Source: Zancudomyces culisetae HAW-14-8
Taxonomy: Eukaryota > Fungi > Kickxellomycota
Reading direction: 5' to 3'
Length of the DNA stretch: 64,000 nucleotides
Assembly: GCA_052426225.1 (NCBI GenBank)
Contig: JBNJNM010000013.1
Span: 682,001 to 746,000, forward strand
The notes beneath the pieces were generated by a model, which saw only the letters and a list, made by a program, of their open reading frames with translations, was not told the DNA's origin and ran no database searches. The position numbers were made by a program, and so were the translations under genes. Shown here in pieces: positions 61,445 to 64,000 of the stretch. The first letter of the stretch is position 1. The number at the start of each line of letters is the position of its first letter.

Positions 61445-64000
61445 CTATACTGGCAAATTACCTATATCGTTTTCTTGGAAGGAAATAAACCCATCCACAA
61501 TACATCTTAGTGTTCTGCCTCGACTTTTGATACGTCCTTTATTATCTTTAAGAAAATATATTAGCTCATTTAATGCCTCTGCTGTACTATCCGAGTCAAC
61601 ATACGCTGCTAAACTCCTTGTCAATACTTTCAATAGTTGCAAAACGTAGATACCTTCAAGTGCTTTTGGGTTTAGAGCGGGCTCGGTTACTTCGATATTG
61701 TCTTTAAACATAACTAACAACGCGTTCTGAATAAACTTTTTTCCAACAAGATAATGGTAATGCATCTTGAAGGATTGCTTAAGCCCTGGGTTGCTCAACA
61801 GAACATCTGCGTCCGTAATATATATCCCTACTTTCTCTTTTTCAGCGTTATCCGAGTTATGTACAATCACCATATCCATAAATTCGTGAAACCTTTCACA
61901 GGAAAGATCTGCAAGCATTTTAATCGCGTTTGCTAAAAAGGCAGTCGCCGTGGAGTAAGGCGGCGCTAAGTTTAGCATAAGCTCATTAAATCTTCGGAAT
62001 CTCTTGTAACTCTGCGGATTGAAATGTATTATATCAAGAGCTGGAATCTTGTTTTTTTTGAGACATCTGTAAATGATACAAGCGTAAGCTGACAGAAATT
62101 GGTTAGCTGTAGAAACTAGACCTCCATGTTGTCGCCTAAAAGATAAAAAGATATTCTCTACCATGTCACCGCATTTTTTCACTCTTATTCCTCTGCTTTC
62201 TACAACATCCAATGATGTGTGAATTAAACAAAAGGTTCCTACAACCCCTAGCACGTCTGGTCCAGAAACTAGCAAATCGTTCCTTTTTCCTGGGTACTCT
62301 CGATTATGGTTCTCAAAATTGGTAATTTCAACTAATCTTGCTAGTGCGGGTATATCCTTGAGAGTGATTTTATCTTCCCAATTTAAATATTCAAGCATGG
62401 TTAGATGCGTCGTTTTTACATCTTTTTGAGTTGAATAGCCCTTTATTGTTATATGTTTTATTTTAATTGACTCAAAAATAATATCGCTTGTGTCTACATT
62501 CAGGATAACTGAATACAATCTCCGTTTGGAAGTGATGTCCGACTCGAAATGATGCCATTTTCCTAGCACCTTTGGTAATGGTATTGAAAGGTTTGGGGAT
62601 TCCTTGTGACAGTTCCCAAGAAATAGTACTAGTTTGGTTTTATATTTAAATATTAGGTTCAAAAACTCCAGTATGCTCGCAGTATCGGGAACCTGTGAGA
62701 TGATGTATCTTTGGAAATTTGCAAAGCGCAAGAAAAATGGATTTAACAATCTCGACTCATCCTCAATATCTATAATGCTGCGCTTGTATGGAAGCGAACA
62801 GACGTTTTCCGTTGTGATGTGATTTTTGATTTTTTCCGCAAAGTCGAACTCTCGTTCGAGTAAATAACTCAGACTTCTTGTGCTATCGCTTATGTTGACA
62901 AACTCTTCCGAGCGAAATACCAACAACGCTCTTAGCTTGTCATAAATACCTGCAGTTTTCAAAATCAACCTTCCAGTGGTGTTTTCGTCAGTACCATACG
63001 CACTATATGTGTACTCGTTGTACCTGTTTATCAGCCAGCCGGGCATACCGCAAAATAAATTTTGTATTGTCTCCTGATTGCCAGCTATACAAGTATCCAG
63101 CGCATTTCCTGTAAATTCTGCCAATGGCATTGCTTTGCTTTTTTCGCAATTTTCAACTTCTTTGATAAATGGTGATGCCTCCCCTTCAACAAGTGCAGGA
63201 TATTGGATTGAAAACTCTTCTATGGCACAGTCAAGTGAAAACGCATCAATTTTGCCCGAAAATAACCTACACAGTGCCGATAGATGAAAGGAGACGCTCT
63301 GGATGTGGTCTCCATAAAACACAACCTTTACGTTTTTTTTGTTCATCTTCTTTATATTGGATTCAAGGATACTGCACATGGAACTAAATGTACCAAGATA
63401 GATATTTTTTTTTGTATTGCTTTGTCAAAAATTTCAATAGTTATTGAATTCTTTATTTTTAGTAGGCAGCTGAGCTCACTAAGCCTCATATCAAGTATAA
63501 GCATGTCGTACTCAAACAGTTTTGCTTTTTGACTGAGCGGGTCTTTTTCCAGATATTTGTTTTTGAGCATCATTTTGGCAAGCCTTTTGGCCGATATTCT
63601 TCTTCCGAACAGACTTTCGCACTTTTTTGATGCCTCACTTAGACTTCTAACACCAGTAACCCAGTCTGTTAACTCGGAAGTATACAGTGTGTTTATTTTG
63701 TTAAAGCTCTCATTAAAGTTTTCTATAATCGCGCTGTTGATGCTGAGCTCGCTAATTTGCTTACTTTTTAGGGTGTTTTTTTTGGAATCATATACTAAAG
63801 ACTCGAGTTGTTTGAGCAAACCAATTTCATCGTTGTTAACACTAGCCACTCTAATTAGAGTGGTGGGATCTTTTTTTGTGGTCGATTTTTTTTCATCTGA
63901 ACTCGCTTTGTTCTTCGAAGTAGCCAAAAGGTGGGCAAGTGATTTAAATCTATCCTTATCTCTTGACTTGTCCTGCTCTACTAAATTTGAAAGAATCCCA
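61445..64000 (-). CDS. Rhodanese + protein-tyrosine-phosphatase-fold protein (Ptp2/Ptp3/Pyp1-like), predicted catalytically inactive, with one frameshift; 5' end lies beyond the window
   Basis: Rhodanese/CH2 motifs ISAKRLA..., LILDMR, VVFYGD and EEFSIQYPALVE. PTP motifs NRY, Y.NWED, GTF and RRQ..LV.T..QF. The P-loop reads SGPDVLGVVG. The frame is open to the window edge, with a frameshift at an A9 run (63405-63413). Confidence 0.7.

Noticed and set aside
1-64000. Selenoprotein genes, SECIS elements or an alternative genetic code (some early-diverging fungi use Sec)
   Set aside because: No conserved gene here contains an in-frame TGA, and TAA, TAG and TGA all serve as stops in well-supported genes.

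Overview
AT-rich eukaryotic (fungal) genomic window with short GT-AG introns. The gene content (RCY1, ILV1, MVP1, DNM1, RNA1, a Fungal_trans protein, plus a BH4-pathway PTS gene) suggests an early-diverging fungus, possibly Zoopagomycota/Harpellales; that taxonomy is inference only. About 20 protein-coding genes are supported. They include two CRAL-TRIO/Sec14-type paralogues flanking a lysophospholipid acyltransferase, threonine dehydratase, RCY1, a USP, an ankyrin-bromodomain-BAH protein, PTS, an Hst3/4-type sirtuin, a PCTAIRE-motif CDK, MVP1, NUFIP1/Rsa1, uL24m, ALG14 (5 exons, essentially missed by the ORF track), DNM1, RanGAP, an Ats1/SERGEF-like RCC1 protein, an AVT2-like transporter and a rhodanese-PTP pseudophosphatase. 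There is also a highly decayed LINE. The most unusual items are the ankyrin+bromo+BAH protein, the catalytically dead and frameshifted Ptp2/3-like protein, a decayed C-x3-TK-x-G-x2-C-x9-C-x2-H zinc-finger/coiled-coil ORF of possible viral or mobile origin, and the lipid-handling three-gene block. No tRNA, rRNA, CRISPR array or selenoprotein could be supported. All family calls come from motif recognition by eye, not from database searches.
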